Shown here: positions 18,512-28,118 of the stretch, piece after piece
Layout of the letters: every line of letters begins with the position of its first letter
How positions within the stretch are numbered: the first letter of the stretch is position 1
DNA from: an uncultured Candidatus Berkelbacteria bacterium
GTDB lineage: Bacteria; Patescibacteriota; UBA1384; XYA2-FULL-43-10; CAINNR01
Assembly: GCA_903851235.1 (NCBI GenBank)
Contig: CAINNR010000008.1
Location: 1-57,516 of the forward strand
Direction of reading: 5' to 3'
Length of the DNA: 57,516 nucleotides
The notes under the pieces: generated by a model
What the model was told of the DNA's origin: nothing
Seen by the model: only the letters and a program-made list of their open reading frames with translations
Database searches by the model: none
Program-made: the position numbers and the translations under genes

Positions 18512-19252
18512 ATGAAAGAAACTGTTGTAAATGATCAATTGGTAAAATTTGAAAGTGTCGGCCTTGGTCAGTCGGCGATAATTTTTCTGCATGGATGGCG
18601 GTCAGAGTCCTCAGTCTGGAAAAATTTGGCTAAGAATTTGCCGTCTAGGGAATTCATGTCGTATCTAATCGATCTGCCTGGTTTTGGCGAGTCTCCGGCG
18701 CCGAAAGTGGCTTTTGGAGTTCAAGATTATGCACGGCTAGTAAATAATTTTGCAGAAAAACAGGGAGTTAAATCGGCAATAATTGTTGGTCACTCATTTG
18801 GCGGCCGAATTGGAATTGTGCTAGCGGCGAAATATCCAGACTTGGTGGGAAAGTTAGTATTGGTCGATAGTGCAGGAATAAAAAAAGAATATCCTGGTAG
18901 AGAAAAAATGGCCAAGATTGTTAAACCACTTTTTAAACCAAAATTCATGCATGGCCTTAGGCAAAAAATTTACAAACGAATCGGCTCAGAAGATTATTTG
19001 GCAACACCAGCTTTGACTGAAACATATCTAAAAGTTATTAATCAAGATTTAACATCGGAATTATCAAAGATTGTCCAACCGACATTATTAATATGGGGTG
19101 CTGATGATGTGGCAACGCCGGTTTCGGACGCAAAAATAATGAAAGAGAAAATTAATAATTCGAAATTAGAAATTTTGGAACATGCCGGTCACTTTAGTTT
19201 TCTTGATCAGCCAGAAAAATTTAGGCGGATTTTTGAAAATTACATAAAATGA
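18512..19252 (+). CDS. Alpha/beta hydrolase
   Basis: FLHGW, DLPGFG, GHSFGG nucleophile elbow, DDVATP, GHF; 4-bp overlap with murF. Confidence 0.92.
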   Translation: MKETVVNDQLVKFESVGLGQSAIIFLHGWRSESSVWKNLAKNLPSREFMSYLIDLPGFGESPAPKVAFGVQDYARLVNNFAEKQGVKSAIIVGHSFGGRIGIVLAAKYPDLVGKLVLVDSAGIKKEYPGREKMAKIVKPLFKPKFMHGLRQKIYKRIGSEDYLATPALTETYLKVINQDLTSELSKIVQPTLLIWGADDVATPVSDAKIMKEKINNSKLEILEHAGHFSFLDQPEKFRRIFENYIK

Positions 19253-20637
19253 ATTTTTTGCTTTATCAATTATACTTATTGCACTTAGAAAATTACGAAA
19301 TTCGTAGGTATTTTCGCATTCTAGCCAGAAAAGGTTATTTTGTTTCAAAAGTTCCTTTGCGCAAACGAAAAATTAACTGGACTAAAAAAATTTCGGCCAT
19401 TTTTTCTTTTGCAATAATTGCAACTATTGTCGGGTTTATATTATTTTTGAAGATATCGATTGTGCTAGCCGTCATTTGGTTTGTCATAGCATTACTTATT
19501 TTTCCGTTATTCTATATCATCGGACTGCTAATCATGTTACCATTTGATTTGCTTGCCAAAGCGATGATTATGAATAAGGCCAAAAATCTGGTTGCCAAAA
19601 ATCAAAAGATAAAAATTATTGGAATTGCTGGGAGCTATGGTAAAACCACAATGAAAAATGTTTTGGCAAAAATTTTGGCTGAGAAATTTAGTGTTGAACC
19701 GACGCCTGGCAATGTTAACACGCCGGTTGGAACCGCGTCATGGTATTTAAAAAATAACAAAGAAAATACGGATTATTTACTGATCGAATTCGGTGAGGAA
19801 TACCCAAGAGATAATGAGAAAATCGCGAGAATTTTCCCACTCAATATTGTTATCATCACAGGAATTAATGAAGCTCATTTTGAGCGTTTCAAAAATATCG
19901 AGATTACAGCGAAAACTATTTTCGAAGCGGTGACATTTTCTAAACCTGACGCTAATATATTTTTGAACTCTGATGACAAAAATATTCTGGATTATCAACA
20001 TAAATTTGTTGGTGATAAAAAAGTTACCTTATATGGCAGAAAGAACATTAATAATGCCAAATTTGATGATGACAAACTTTGCTGGGATGCCGAAATTACT
20101 GGTTTTGGAAAAGTTAGCTCTCCAATTCTCGGTAAATATATTCTTTCCGACATTGACGCTGCTGTAAAAATTGGAAAATCTTTAGGACTAACGGATGATG
20201 AAATCAAAAAAGGTCTGGCTAAAATCACGCCTATTAAACATCGATTAGAACCTATTGCTGGTGCGAATGGTGTACTGGTTATTGATGATACATACAATGG
20301 GAACCCCGAGGGAATTAAGGAAGCAGTAGATTTATTGGCGCTGTTTAAAACGAAGAGAAAAATATTTTTAACGCCTGGAATGGTTGAAGCCGGAAGTAGA
20401 AGTGTCGAAATCCACAAAGCAATTGGCGAACAATTGGCTGGTGTGGCCGACCTGGTTCTTTTGATAAAAACCAGTTCTACATCTGATATTTTGGAAGGGT
20501 TGAAATCAAAAAAATTTCCAGAGGAAAAGATAATTTGGTTTGAAACCGCGCAAGAAGCTCATGAGTCGCTAAAAAATATTTTGAAAAAAGATGACGTGAT
20601 ATTATTTCAAAACGATTGGCCTGATCTGTATCTGTAA
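19249..20637 (+). CDS. murF: MurF-type Mur ligase with N-terminal TM segments
   Basis: GSYGKTTMK P-loop, NTPVG, NEAHFERF, DDTYNGNP, TPGMVEAG, QNDWPDLY. Confidence 0.85.
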   Translation: MNFLLYQLYLLHLENYEIRRYFRILARKGYFVSKVPLRKRKINWTKKISAIFSFAIIATIVGFILFLKISIVLAVIWFVIALLIFPLFYIIGLLIMLPFDLLAKAMIMNKAKNLVAKNQKIKIIGIAGSYGKTTMKNVLAKILAEKFSVEPTPGNVNTPVGTASWYLKNNKENTDYLLIEFGEEYPRDNEKIARIFPLNIVIITGINEAHFERFKNIEITAKTIFEAVTFSKPDANIFLNSDDKNILDYQHKFVGDKKVTLYGRKNINNAKFDDDKLCWDAEITGFGKVSSPILGKYILSDIDAAVKIGKSLGLTDDEIKKGLAKITPIKHRLEPIAGANGVLVIDDTYNGNPEGIKEAVDLLALFKTKRKIFLTPGMVEAGSRSVEIHKAIGEQLAGVADLVLLIKTSSTSDILEGLKSKKFPEEKIIWFETAQEAHESLKNILKKDDVILFQNDWPDLYL

Positions 20638-20642
20638 AAATT

Positions 20643-21773
20643 ATGCTAAACAAATCCTTGAATTTCATCAATGATAAATTATTTAATAAAGTTCCATTGA
20701 TCAGGATTTTTATTTCTCGTGATGCAATATTGAATAATTATCATTCGTTCAAAAGTAAGAATAATTTATTGGTCGCGCCGGTATTAAAAAGCAATGCTTA
20801 CGGTCACGGATTGTCAGAAGTAGCAAAGATTTTAAAAAATGAACAAGTACCTTTTTTTGTCGTCGACTCATTATATGAAGCTCGAGTGCTGAGAAAAACG
20901 GGGATAGCTGATAAAATATTGGTCATTGGATTTGCGCCAATTGATTACATTAATTCTGGGTTCAAAAATATTGCTTATACTATCAGCAGTCTTGATCAGT
21001 TGAAAGAGATTTATAAGGGGCTAAAAAATAAGAGAATATTTCACTTAAAAATTGATACTGGAATGAGGCGACAGGGAATTCTGCCTGAAGAAATTTCCGA
21101 AGCGATAAAATTGATAAATGGAAATCCTAAAATCGAACTTGAAGGAATTTGTTCACATTTCGCCGATGCCGATGGAGAAGACTTTGATTTTACCAGAAAA
21201 CAAATTGAATTATGGAATACAGTGGTTGCACAGGTAAAAAAGGAATTTATCGATCTTAAATATTTTCACATTGCTGCCACTTCCGGTTCGACTTACTCGA
21301 AAAAAATTGATGCTAATTTAATTCGCCTAGGCATTGGTTTGTATGGATTTGATTTAACCAATCAGGGGATGGAGTTAAAATTGGCGTTGCGAATGACTTC
21401 TTCCGTTGGTCTTTTAAAAAAACTGGAAGCCAATCATAAAGTCGGGTATAATTTGACCTATGAGGCGCCAAAAGAAATGAGAATCGCTGCGGTGCCGGTA
21501 GGATATTTTGAGGGGGTTGATCGAAGGCTTTCCAACCATGGCTGTTTCATCATCTCCGGAAAGATTTGTCAGATTGTCGGTAGAGTTTGTATGAATATGA
21601 CCATGATTGATGTTTCGCAAGTTGGAAACATTGCGATCGGAGACGAAGTTGAAGTGTTTGGCAGTAAAAGTGAATCAAAAAATTCGATTGAACAGGTTGC
21701 GAAGTTGTGTGGAACAAATCCACATGAGATTTTGGTTCACATTCCGCAACATTTGAGAAGAATAATCGTTTAA
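20643..21773 (+). CDS. alr: Alanine racemase
   Basis: VLKSNAYGHG PLP lysine motif, HLKIDTGMRRQG, RLGIGLYG, GRVCMNM. Confidence 0.96.
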   Translation: MLNKSLNFINDKLFNKVPLIRIFISRDAILNNYHSFKSKNNLLVAPVLKSNAYGHGLSEVAKILKNEQVPFFVVDSLYEARVLRKTGIADKILVIGFAPIDYINSGFKNIAYTISSLDQLKEIYKGLKNKRIFHLKIDTGMRRQGILPEEISEAIKLINGNPKIELEGICSHFADADGEDFDFTRKQIELWNTVVAQVKKEFIDLKYFHIAATSGSTYSKKIDANLIRLGIGLYGFDLTNQGMELKLALRMTSSVGLLKKLEANHKVGYNLTYEAPKEMRIAAVPVGYFEGVDRRLSNHGCFIISGKICQIVGRVCMNMTMIDVSQVGNIAIGDEVEVFGSKSESKNSIEQVAKLCGTNPHEILVHIPQHLRRIIV

Positions 21774-21785
21774 TCAAAGGACAAA

Positions 21786-22967
21786 ATGAAAACTATCGGT
21801 GTATTTTTTGGCAGTCGGAGTCCGGAACATGACGTTTCAATTATTACCGCAGAGTTGGCAATCGACGGGTTAAAGAAACTCGGCTATCCGGTTGTGCCAG
21901 TCTACGTCAACCGCAGTGGCAAATGGCTAATCGGCGAAGAACTCGGCAAACTAGAAAATTTTACCGATCCTAAAAAAGACATTACAGAAGAAACAAAATA
22001 TCAGGAATATTTTCTAGACTTGGAAAATTCTCATGGCAAAATAGTTTTCCGTAAAAAGGGTATTGGAGGCAAAACAATTTCCATTGATTTGGCATTTCCT
22101 GCTTTACACGGTTCTTTTGGCGAGGATGGTACAATTCAAGGTTTATTTGAAATGCTAGATTTGCCATATGTCGGCTGCAATGTGGTAGCTTCGGCCATTG
22201 CCATGGATAAGGCATTTACCAAACAAATTTGTTTGGTAAATAATATTGAAACAACAAAATTTGAAGTTTTTTCCAAAAATAACTGGGAAAATGTGAAACA
22301 GGAAATAATTGCGAAAGTTAAACAGTTTAAATTTCCGCTCTTTGTCAAGCCGGTTCATCTCGGATCGTCAATAGGAATCGCCAAGGTGACAGAAGAAAAA
22401 GATCTTGCTGAAAAAATTGAAGTTGCATTTTATTACGATGATAAGGTATTGGTCGAAGAAGCTGTTGACAATCTGATGGATGTCACTTGTTGTATTATTG
22501 GAAATAATGAATTGATTGCCTCAGTTTTGCAAGAATCGGTTTTTTCCGCTGAGCTGTTTGATTTTGATGAAAAATATTTGAAAGATGGCGGAACACAATT
22601 GGGAAAATCGGAGAGTGGTTTGATTATTCCGGCTAGAATTGACAAAAATTTAACTGAGGAAATTCAAGAAACTGCCAAAAAAGTGTACACTGCGTTAGGG
22701 TGTGGCGGGATTGCCAGGGTAGACTTCCTTTTAGACAAAAAAACTAATAAATACTATGCTAATGAAGTCAACCCGTTACCCGGGACACTCTACCACCATT
22801 TATGGAAAGCTTCTGGAATTGAATTTTCTGATCTTCTGAATAAACTGATTCTGTATGCAGAAGATCGGCAAAAAAACAAGCATGATTTATCATTAACTTT
22901 TAAGTCTAATATACTTACAAATTTAAATTCGCAAAAATTAAATAACAAAAAATATTCACCCCGTTAA
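21786..22967 (+). CDS. ddl: D-alanine--D-alanine ligase
   Basis: GSRSPEHDVS, LHGSFGEDGTIQG, KPVHLGSSIG, RVDF, NEVNPLPG. Confidence 0.96.
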   Translation: MKTIGVFFGSRSPEHDVSIITAELAIDGLKKLGYPVVPVYVNRSGKWLIGEELGKLENFTDPKKDITEETKYQEYFLDLENSHGKIVFRKKGIGGKTISIDLAFPALHGSFGEDGTIQGLFEMLDLPYVGCNVVASAIAMDKAFTKQICLVNNIETTKFEVFSKNNWENVKQEIIAKVKQFKFPLFVKPVHLGSSIGIAKVTEEKDLAEKIEVAFYYDDKVLVEEAVDNLMDVTCCIIGNNELIASVLQESVFSAELFDFDEKYLKDGGTQLGKSESGLIIPARIDKNLTEEIQETAKKVYTALGCGGIARVDFLLDKKTNKYYANEVNPLPGTLYHHLWKASGIEFSDLLNKLILYAEDRQKNKHDLSLTFKSNILTNLNSQKLNNKKYSPR

Positions 22968-23021
22968 GTGCGCTGTTAGCGCATTCGCGGAGCGAATATT
23001 TAACAGGGAAAAAGGAGACTG

Positions 23022-24044
23022 ATGGACAAAGTTGAAATGATTGTGCTTTACAAGAACGATTTTATTCGTCTTTTCTGGTTAACGGGGCTTTCATTTTTGA
23101 TTGCCATGATTTGGACGCCGCTTCTGACCAATTTTCTTTACAAGTATAAGTTGGGAAAAAGAATTCGAGTTGACAAGAATACGCCGATTTACTCCAAGCT
23201 TCACGCGCATAAATCCGGAACGCCGACGATGGGTGGAACTTTGGTTTGGGTCACAACGGCGGTCTTGACTATCATCTTCAATTTGGAACGGAGCGCGACT
23301 TGGCTACCATTATTTGCACTTATCGGTGCCGGAATTATCGGTGGTATTGATGATCTCTTAAACATTTATGGGATTGGTGCCCGTGGCGGTGGAATGCGTT
23401 TTCGGGAGAAATTCCTACTATATGCTGCAATCGCCGCAGTTGGCGCTTGGTGGTTTTATGAAAAACTCGGTTGGAATTCTATTCACGTTCCGGGATTTGG
23501 TGATTACGTTCTCGGCGGTTGGTATATTCCACTTTTCATCATTGCTCTTGTCTGGGCGGCGTTTGCGTCGAATGAAGCCGACGGTCTTGACGGTTTGGCC
23601 GGTGGAATTTTTGCCTCATCTTACGGCGCTTACGCAATAATCTGCCTGACACAGGGGAAAATCTCGTTGGCGCTTTTTTGCGGCACGATTATGGGCGCGC
23701 TCCTAGCTTTTCTTTGGTTTAATATCCAACCGGCACGATTTTTTATGGGCGACACCGGTTCGATGGCGTTGGGAATTACTTTGGGCGTGATTGCATTTTT
23801 AACCAATTCAATCGTCGTTTTTCCGATTATCACACTGATTTTCACCATTGAAGGCCTTTCATTTTTAATTCAGCGATTCTGGAAGATCGTTTTTAAGCGA
23901 AAATTATTCCTGTCATCGCCGATTCATCATCATCTTGAAGCCATCGGCTGGCCGGAACAAAAAATTGTCATGCGGTTTTGGGTCATCGGTGCCGTTTCGG
24001 CCGTTGCCGGTTTGGCGATTGCGCTATTTGGTCGGGGATTGTAA
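23022..24044 (+). CDS. mraY: Phospho-N-acetylmuramoyl-pentapeptide transferase
   Basis: KSGTPTMGG, GGIDD, DGLDGL, FMGDTGS, SPIHHHLE. Confidence 0.97.
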   Translation: MDKVEMIVLYKNDFIRLFWLTGLSFLIAMIWTPLLTNFLYKYKLGKRIRVDKNTPIYSKLHAHKSGTPTMGGTLVWVTTAVLTIIFNLERSATWLPLFALIGAGIIGGIDDLLNIYGIGARGGGMRFREKFLLYAAIAAVGAWWFYEKLGWNSIHVPGFGDYVLGGWYIPLFIIALVWAAFASNEADGLDGLAGGIFASSYGAYAIICLTQGKISLALFCGTIMGALLAFLWFNIQPARFFMGDTGSMALGITLGVIAFLTNSIVVFPIITLIFTIEGLSFLIQRFWKIVFKRKLFLSSPIHHHLEAIGWPEQKIVMRFWVIGAVSAVAGLAIALFGRGL

Positions 24045-24054
24045 TATTAAAAAT

Positions 24055-24903
24055 ATGACTGAAAAAGTACCTGGTTTGGACCTGGAACAATATAGCGGTG
24101 GAAGGCACCTACCGGACAAATTTTATGATTACTTCTACCCCGAGGAGGATTTTGAGGTGATTGATGATGCTCGCCAGGCACGAATTTGGGGTAGCGACAA
24201 TGGCGGTCTAACCGTGTACACCGAAGCCGAGTGGCTTGAGCTATTCAGACAGCAGGATCTCGAAAAGCTTGCAAGTGGAATCTTTTGGGACACTTTGGTT
24301 AAAGAAGTTAATCGAACGAATTTTAAGTTGCCGGAAAAAAGACCTGTCGATATTTTGGATTTAGCTTGTGGCAGATGCAAAGAGGGAAGATTGTTGAACT
24401 CCTTTTTTGGCTCAGAAGAACCCTTTGAATTCAGCGATCAGGTAAATTTATTTGGAATTGATACCGATTCGGAAAGTATTGAAAGTGCCCAATATGCTAA
24501 TGGTGAAGAATTTGATGTAGAAACAGCCAAGAGAGTTCCGTCGAAGAATATGGTTTTCATTGCCGGTGATGCGACAAGATTAGAAGATTATCCGGAAATT
24601 CCCGAACAAGTCGATGTGGTTGTCATTCGTCATCAACAATTTGTTGGGGGACCTGATTATTTGCCGGGACAAGCGGAGGAGATTTGGAGCCAAATTATTT
24701 CTAATGGTATCAAGCGTTTACGGCCCGGTGGAATTGCAATTATTACTTGCTATTTTCAAATCGAAAGCGAGCCGGTTAAAAAATTATTGGAAGGTTTTAG
24801 TGGGAAAATTGTTGTTGATGAGAAAAATGAATTCGCTCGCGACCGGGATGATGAACAATCAATCTTAGACGATCAATATATTTTAATTTTTGAAAAAGAA
24901 TAA
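24055..24903 (+). CDS. Class I SAM-dependent methyltransferase
   Basis: ILDLACG, GIDTD, FIAGDAT, LRPGGIAII motifs. Confidence 0.8.
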   Translation: MTEKVPGLDLEQYSGGRHLPDKFYDYFYPEEDFEVIDDARQARIWGSDNGGLTVYTEAEWLELFRQQDLEKLASGIFWDTLVKEVNRTNFKLPEKRPVDILDLACGRCKEGRLLNSFFGSEEPFEFSDQVNLFGIDTDSESIESAQYANGEEFDVETAKRVPSKNMVFIAGDATRLEDYPEIPEQVDVVVIRHQQFVGGPDYLPGQAEEIWSQIISNGIKRLRPGGIAIITCYFQIESEPVKKLLEGFSGKIVVDEKNEFARDRDDEQSILDDQYILIFEKE

Positions 24904-24948
24904 CACGGATTTTTAAATCAGGTTATTTCTGTCGGGGATTGTAAAATT

Positions 24949-25308
24949 ATGAATAAATTCCAAAAAGAAATTGACAAGTTTTCCAAAGATCGCAACTGGG
25001 ATCAGTTTCACAATCCGAAAGATTTGCTTTTGGGAATTGTAGAGGAAATCGGCGAATTTCGTAATATTATCAAATGGGAACAGGATCCGCAAAAGATTCG
25101 CCAGGTGCTAAAGGAAAAAAATGTTGAGGTGGATGACACGATTGGAGATATTCTATGGTTTTTATCTCTGTTGGCAAACCAATCAAACATTGATATTGAT
25201 AAATCTCTTAGTCGAGTCATTGACGCCAACAAAAAAAGATTTCCAATTACCAAAACAAGAAATCGCCACACCAATGTCAATATTGGTGGTCACGATGGGA
25301 GAAAATAG
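24949..25308 (+). CDS. MazG-like all-alpha NTP pyrophosphatase
   Basis: RNWDQFHNPKDLLLGIVEEIGE...DTIGDILWFL (dCTP-pyrophosphatase-like). Confidence 0.88.
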   Translation: MNKFQKEIDKFSKDRNWDQFHNPKDLLLGIVEEIGEFRNIIKWEQDPQKIRQVLKEKNVEVDDTIGDILWFLSLLANQSNIDIDKSLSRVIDANKKRFPITKTRNRHTNVNIGGHDGRK

Positions 25309-25310
25309 TT

Positions 25311-25661
25311 ATGGGTATTGCTGTTGAATTCAATCCGGATTTGGCGCTGCGAGATTATAAATTTTTCAAATCCGGCAAAAGAAAAAAAGAGGAGTGTTTG
25401 CCTTTAAAATTAGATAAAGGTAAAGTTTATAACTTTCTGAAATCCGGCCAACGCAATTATTGGCTGGAAGGTGAGGTGCCACTTTTGAAAACCGAAGGGA
25501 ATCAAAAACTTTCTCGGCCGTTTGCCAGTATTAGAATTTTGGAAGTGATCCATTTTTTGTATCACAATCAACCATTTACAAAAGGAAAATACAAAATCAT
25601 TGAAATTTTTGATATCGATTCGCCTATTATTAATTTTGAAAGTTATGCCAGGAGAAAATAA
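25311..25661 (+). CDS. Hypothetical protein (MGIAVEFNPDLALR...)
   Basis: 116-aa ORF packed between the MazG-like and CDGSH genes (2-bp and 1-bp gaps). Confidence 0.8.
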   Translation: MGIAVEFNPDLALRDYKFFKSGKRKKEECLPLKLDKGKVYNFLKSGQRNYWLEGEVPLLKTEGNQKLSRPFASIRILEVIHFLYHNQPFTKGKYKIIEIFDIDSPIINFESYARRK

Positions 25662-25662
25662 A

Positions 25663-26337
25663 ATGAAGAAAATTAAAGTGACAAAAAACGGTCCGTATGA
25701 AGTTACCGGCAACACGCCTCTGAGTGAAGAGAAAGTTATTGTCGACAAAGACGGGTATCCGATAAATTGGCAAAAGACAAAAAGCTATCCAAATCAAGAA
25801 AACTTCGCCCTTTGTCGTTGTGGCAAATCAAAGAATATGCCATTCTGTGATGGCAGTCACATTAAGCAGAAATTTGATGGTACGGAAGCTGAGAGCGCCA
25901 AGAAAAAATATGTCGAAATGGAAGAGGTGTACGAAGGTCAGATGATGGATTTGCACGATGCCGGGGAACTTTGTGTTGGAGCCGGTTTTTGCGACCGAGC
26001 CGGCGGAGCTTGGGAATTGTCTGCCAGCAGTTCAAAATCAGAAACCGATGTTGCCAAAGAACAATGTTGCAATTGCCCGTCGGGCAGATTGGCTCTTATG
26101 GATAAAAAAGGCAATGCTATCGAGCCGGAATTTAAGGAATCAATTTCTGTTGTCCAGGAGCCGGAAATCGGTCTGTCAGGTCCGCTTTGGGTCAAAGGTG
26201 GCGTTGAAATCGAATCGGTCGACGGCGAACTATACGAAAAAAGAAATCGGGCCACACTCTGTCGTTGCGGCAAATCAAATAACAAACCATTTTGTGACGG
26301 AACTCATCACCTTGTAAACTTTTCCGACGAGAACTAG
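25663..26337 (+). CDS. CDGSH iron-sulfur domain protein with central divergent 4Fe-4S-like segment
   Basis: Two LCRCGKS...PFCDG[S/T]H motifs flanking CVGAGFC...CPSGRL. Confidence 0.9.
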   Translation: MKKIKVTKNGPYEVTGNTPLSEEKVIVDKDGYPINWQKTKSYPNQENFALCRCGKSKNMPFCDGSHIKQKFDGTEAESAKKKYVEMEEVYEGQMMDLHDAGELCVGAGFCDRAGGAWELSASSSKSETDVAKEQCCNCPSGRLALMDKKGNAIEPEFKESISVVQEPEIGLSGPLWVKGGVEIESVDGELYEKRNRATLCRCGKSNNKPFCDGTHHLVNFSDEN

Positions 26338-26420
26338 CTTTAACAGCCTTATTCATTTACAAAAGTCTGGGGTTTTTGCTATTGTGGAGTCATAAGCCTA
26401 TATCCGAAGGGAGCCCTGTG

Positions 26421-26591
26421 ATGATGCGACGCTTGTTTTGTCAACTACTTGTCTGGTTTGATACAAAAGTGAGTGAACGTTACAATCGCTTACACCCTAT
26501 ACGGATGAACTACAAGGGGCAGTATGTTCGCGTTAACATCCATGGAGAAGAAGTTTGGAATTATGAAGAACCTTGGGGGACAAAGAATTAG
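26421..26591 (+). CDS. Small hypothetical protein
   Basis: AAGGGAG RBS; terminator hairpin plus T-tract at ~26598-26630. Confidence 0.55.
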   Translation: MMRRLFCQLLVWFDTKVSERYNRLHPIRMNYKGQYVRVNIHGEEVWNYEEPWGTKN

Positions 26592-26664
26592 GAACCATGC
26601 CTTTGCCGGATGTTGGCGGAGGTTTTTTCTTTTCTAATGGTGAAAATTAAGATAGAATAGAAGT

Positions 26665-28038
26665 ATGGATTTAGAAAAATTTGAAGCTAAAAAAATTGCG
26701 CTTCTTGGTTTTGGCATTGAAAATATCTCCGTTGCCAAGTTTTTTATTAAACATGGTGTCGATTTTACAATTCTCGATCGCGAAGATGACCAGCTTGATA
26801 ATTTTGAGGGTCAGAAATTAATTGATGGGTATCAATTAAAATTTATCGCCGGTAAAGATTACCTAAGAGATTTATCAAATTACGACATAGTGGTTCGTTC
26901 GCCGGGTGTGCCGTATTTGACAAAGGAAATCCAAGATGCAAAATCAGCCGGTTGCGAAATTACTTCATCGACTAAACTGTTTTTTGATTTTTGTCCGGCG
27001 AAAATTATCGGTGTTACCGGAACCAAAGGGAAAGGGACGACCGCTTCATTAATATCGGAGATATTAATCAAAAGTCAAAATTACCGAGTGTATTTGGTTG
27101 GGAATATTGGTCTGCCGTCTTTTGATATTATCGAAGCCTTGAAGCCAAGCGACACGGTGGTTTTTGAACTTTCGAGTTTTCAGCTCCAGGATATGGAAAA
27201 GTCACCGCAGATTGCGGTTGTAGTTAATTTAGCCGATGATCACCTGGATTATCATCAAACAATCGAAGAGTATCGAGCGACAAAACAAAATATTTTGAAA
27301 TATCAGACAGCAGATGATTTTGCAGTTATCAACTGGGATTATCCGGAATCGCGAAAGCTGGGAGGATATGGTGGTGCGAAAAAATACTATTTTTCGTCAA
27401 AGGAAAAGATTGCTGACGGTGCTTATGTTGACCCGAGGGGTGATGTGATTCTGACAATCGGCGGGGAAGAGAAAGTTTGTTCCCAGAGCGAATTAAAATT
27501 AATTGGCCGACATAATTTGGAAAATATCGCCTCAGCAGCGATTATCGGGAAAATTTTGGCTGTTCCAACAAAAATAATTTCCGAGGCGGTGAGAATATTT
27601 GATGGCTTGCCGCACAGACTTGAATTTGTTAGAGCAGTTGACGGGCTGAAATTTTACAACGATTCTTTCTCGACAAATCCGACGCCAACAATCGCGGCGA
27701 TTAAATCATTTGACACACCGATTTCAATTATCCTTGGTGGCTCGGAAAAGGGCGCCGATTTTTCCGAGTTGGCCGAAGTTATTAAATCATCGACAGTTAA
27801 AAATGTTATTGTCATCGGAATTGAAGGGCCGCGAATTCGCCAAGCTTTGGTCGGCTCAGGAGCAAAATTGAACATAATCAACGGTGGTAAAAACATTGAG
27901 AGTATTGTCGAAATCGCGACGAGAAATACCGAAAATGGTGGCGTAGTTTTGTTTTCACCGGCCTGCGCATCATTTGACATGTTCAAAAATTACAAAGATC
28001 GTGGTGAAAAATTTAAAGCTGCAGTCAGGAAACTCTGA
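26665..28038 (+). CDS. murD: UDP-N-acetylmuramoyl-L-alanine--D-glutamate ligase
   Basis: RSPGVP, GVTGTKGKGTT, ELSSFQL, DHLDYH, LPHRLEFV, SPACASFDMFKNYKDRG. Confidence 0.97.
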   Translation: MDLEKFEAKKIALLGFGIENISVAKFFIKHGVDFTILDREDDQLDNFEGQKLIDGYQLKFIAGKDYLRDLSNYDIVVRSPGVPYLTKEIQDAKSAGCEITSSTKLFFDFCPAKIIGVTGTKGKGTTASLISEILIKSQNYRVYLVGNIGLPSFDIIEALKPSDTVVFELSSFQLQDMEKSPQIAVVVNLADDHLDYHQTIEEYRATKQNILKYQTADDFAVINWDYPESRKLGGYGGAKKYYFSSKEKIADGAYVDPRGDVILTIGGEEKVCSQSELKLIGRHNLENIASAAIIGKILAVPTKIISEAVRIFDGLPHRLEFVRAVDGLKFYNDSFSTNPTPTIAAIKSFDTPISIILGGSEKGADFSELAEVIKSSTVKNVIVIGIEGPRIRQALVGSGAKLNIINGGKNIESIVEIATRNTENGGVVLFSPACASFDMFKNYKDRGEKFKAAVRKL

Positions 28039-28118
28039 TGGAGTAATCAGGCAGATTTCACAGATTAGGGTAGAAATAAGTGCAATTCGCCCAGAGGGTC
28101 AATAAATTAGTAAAGGAC

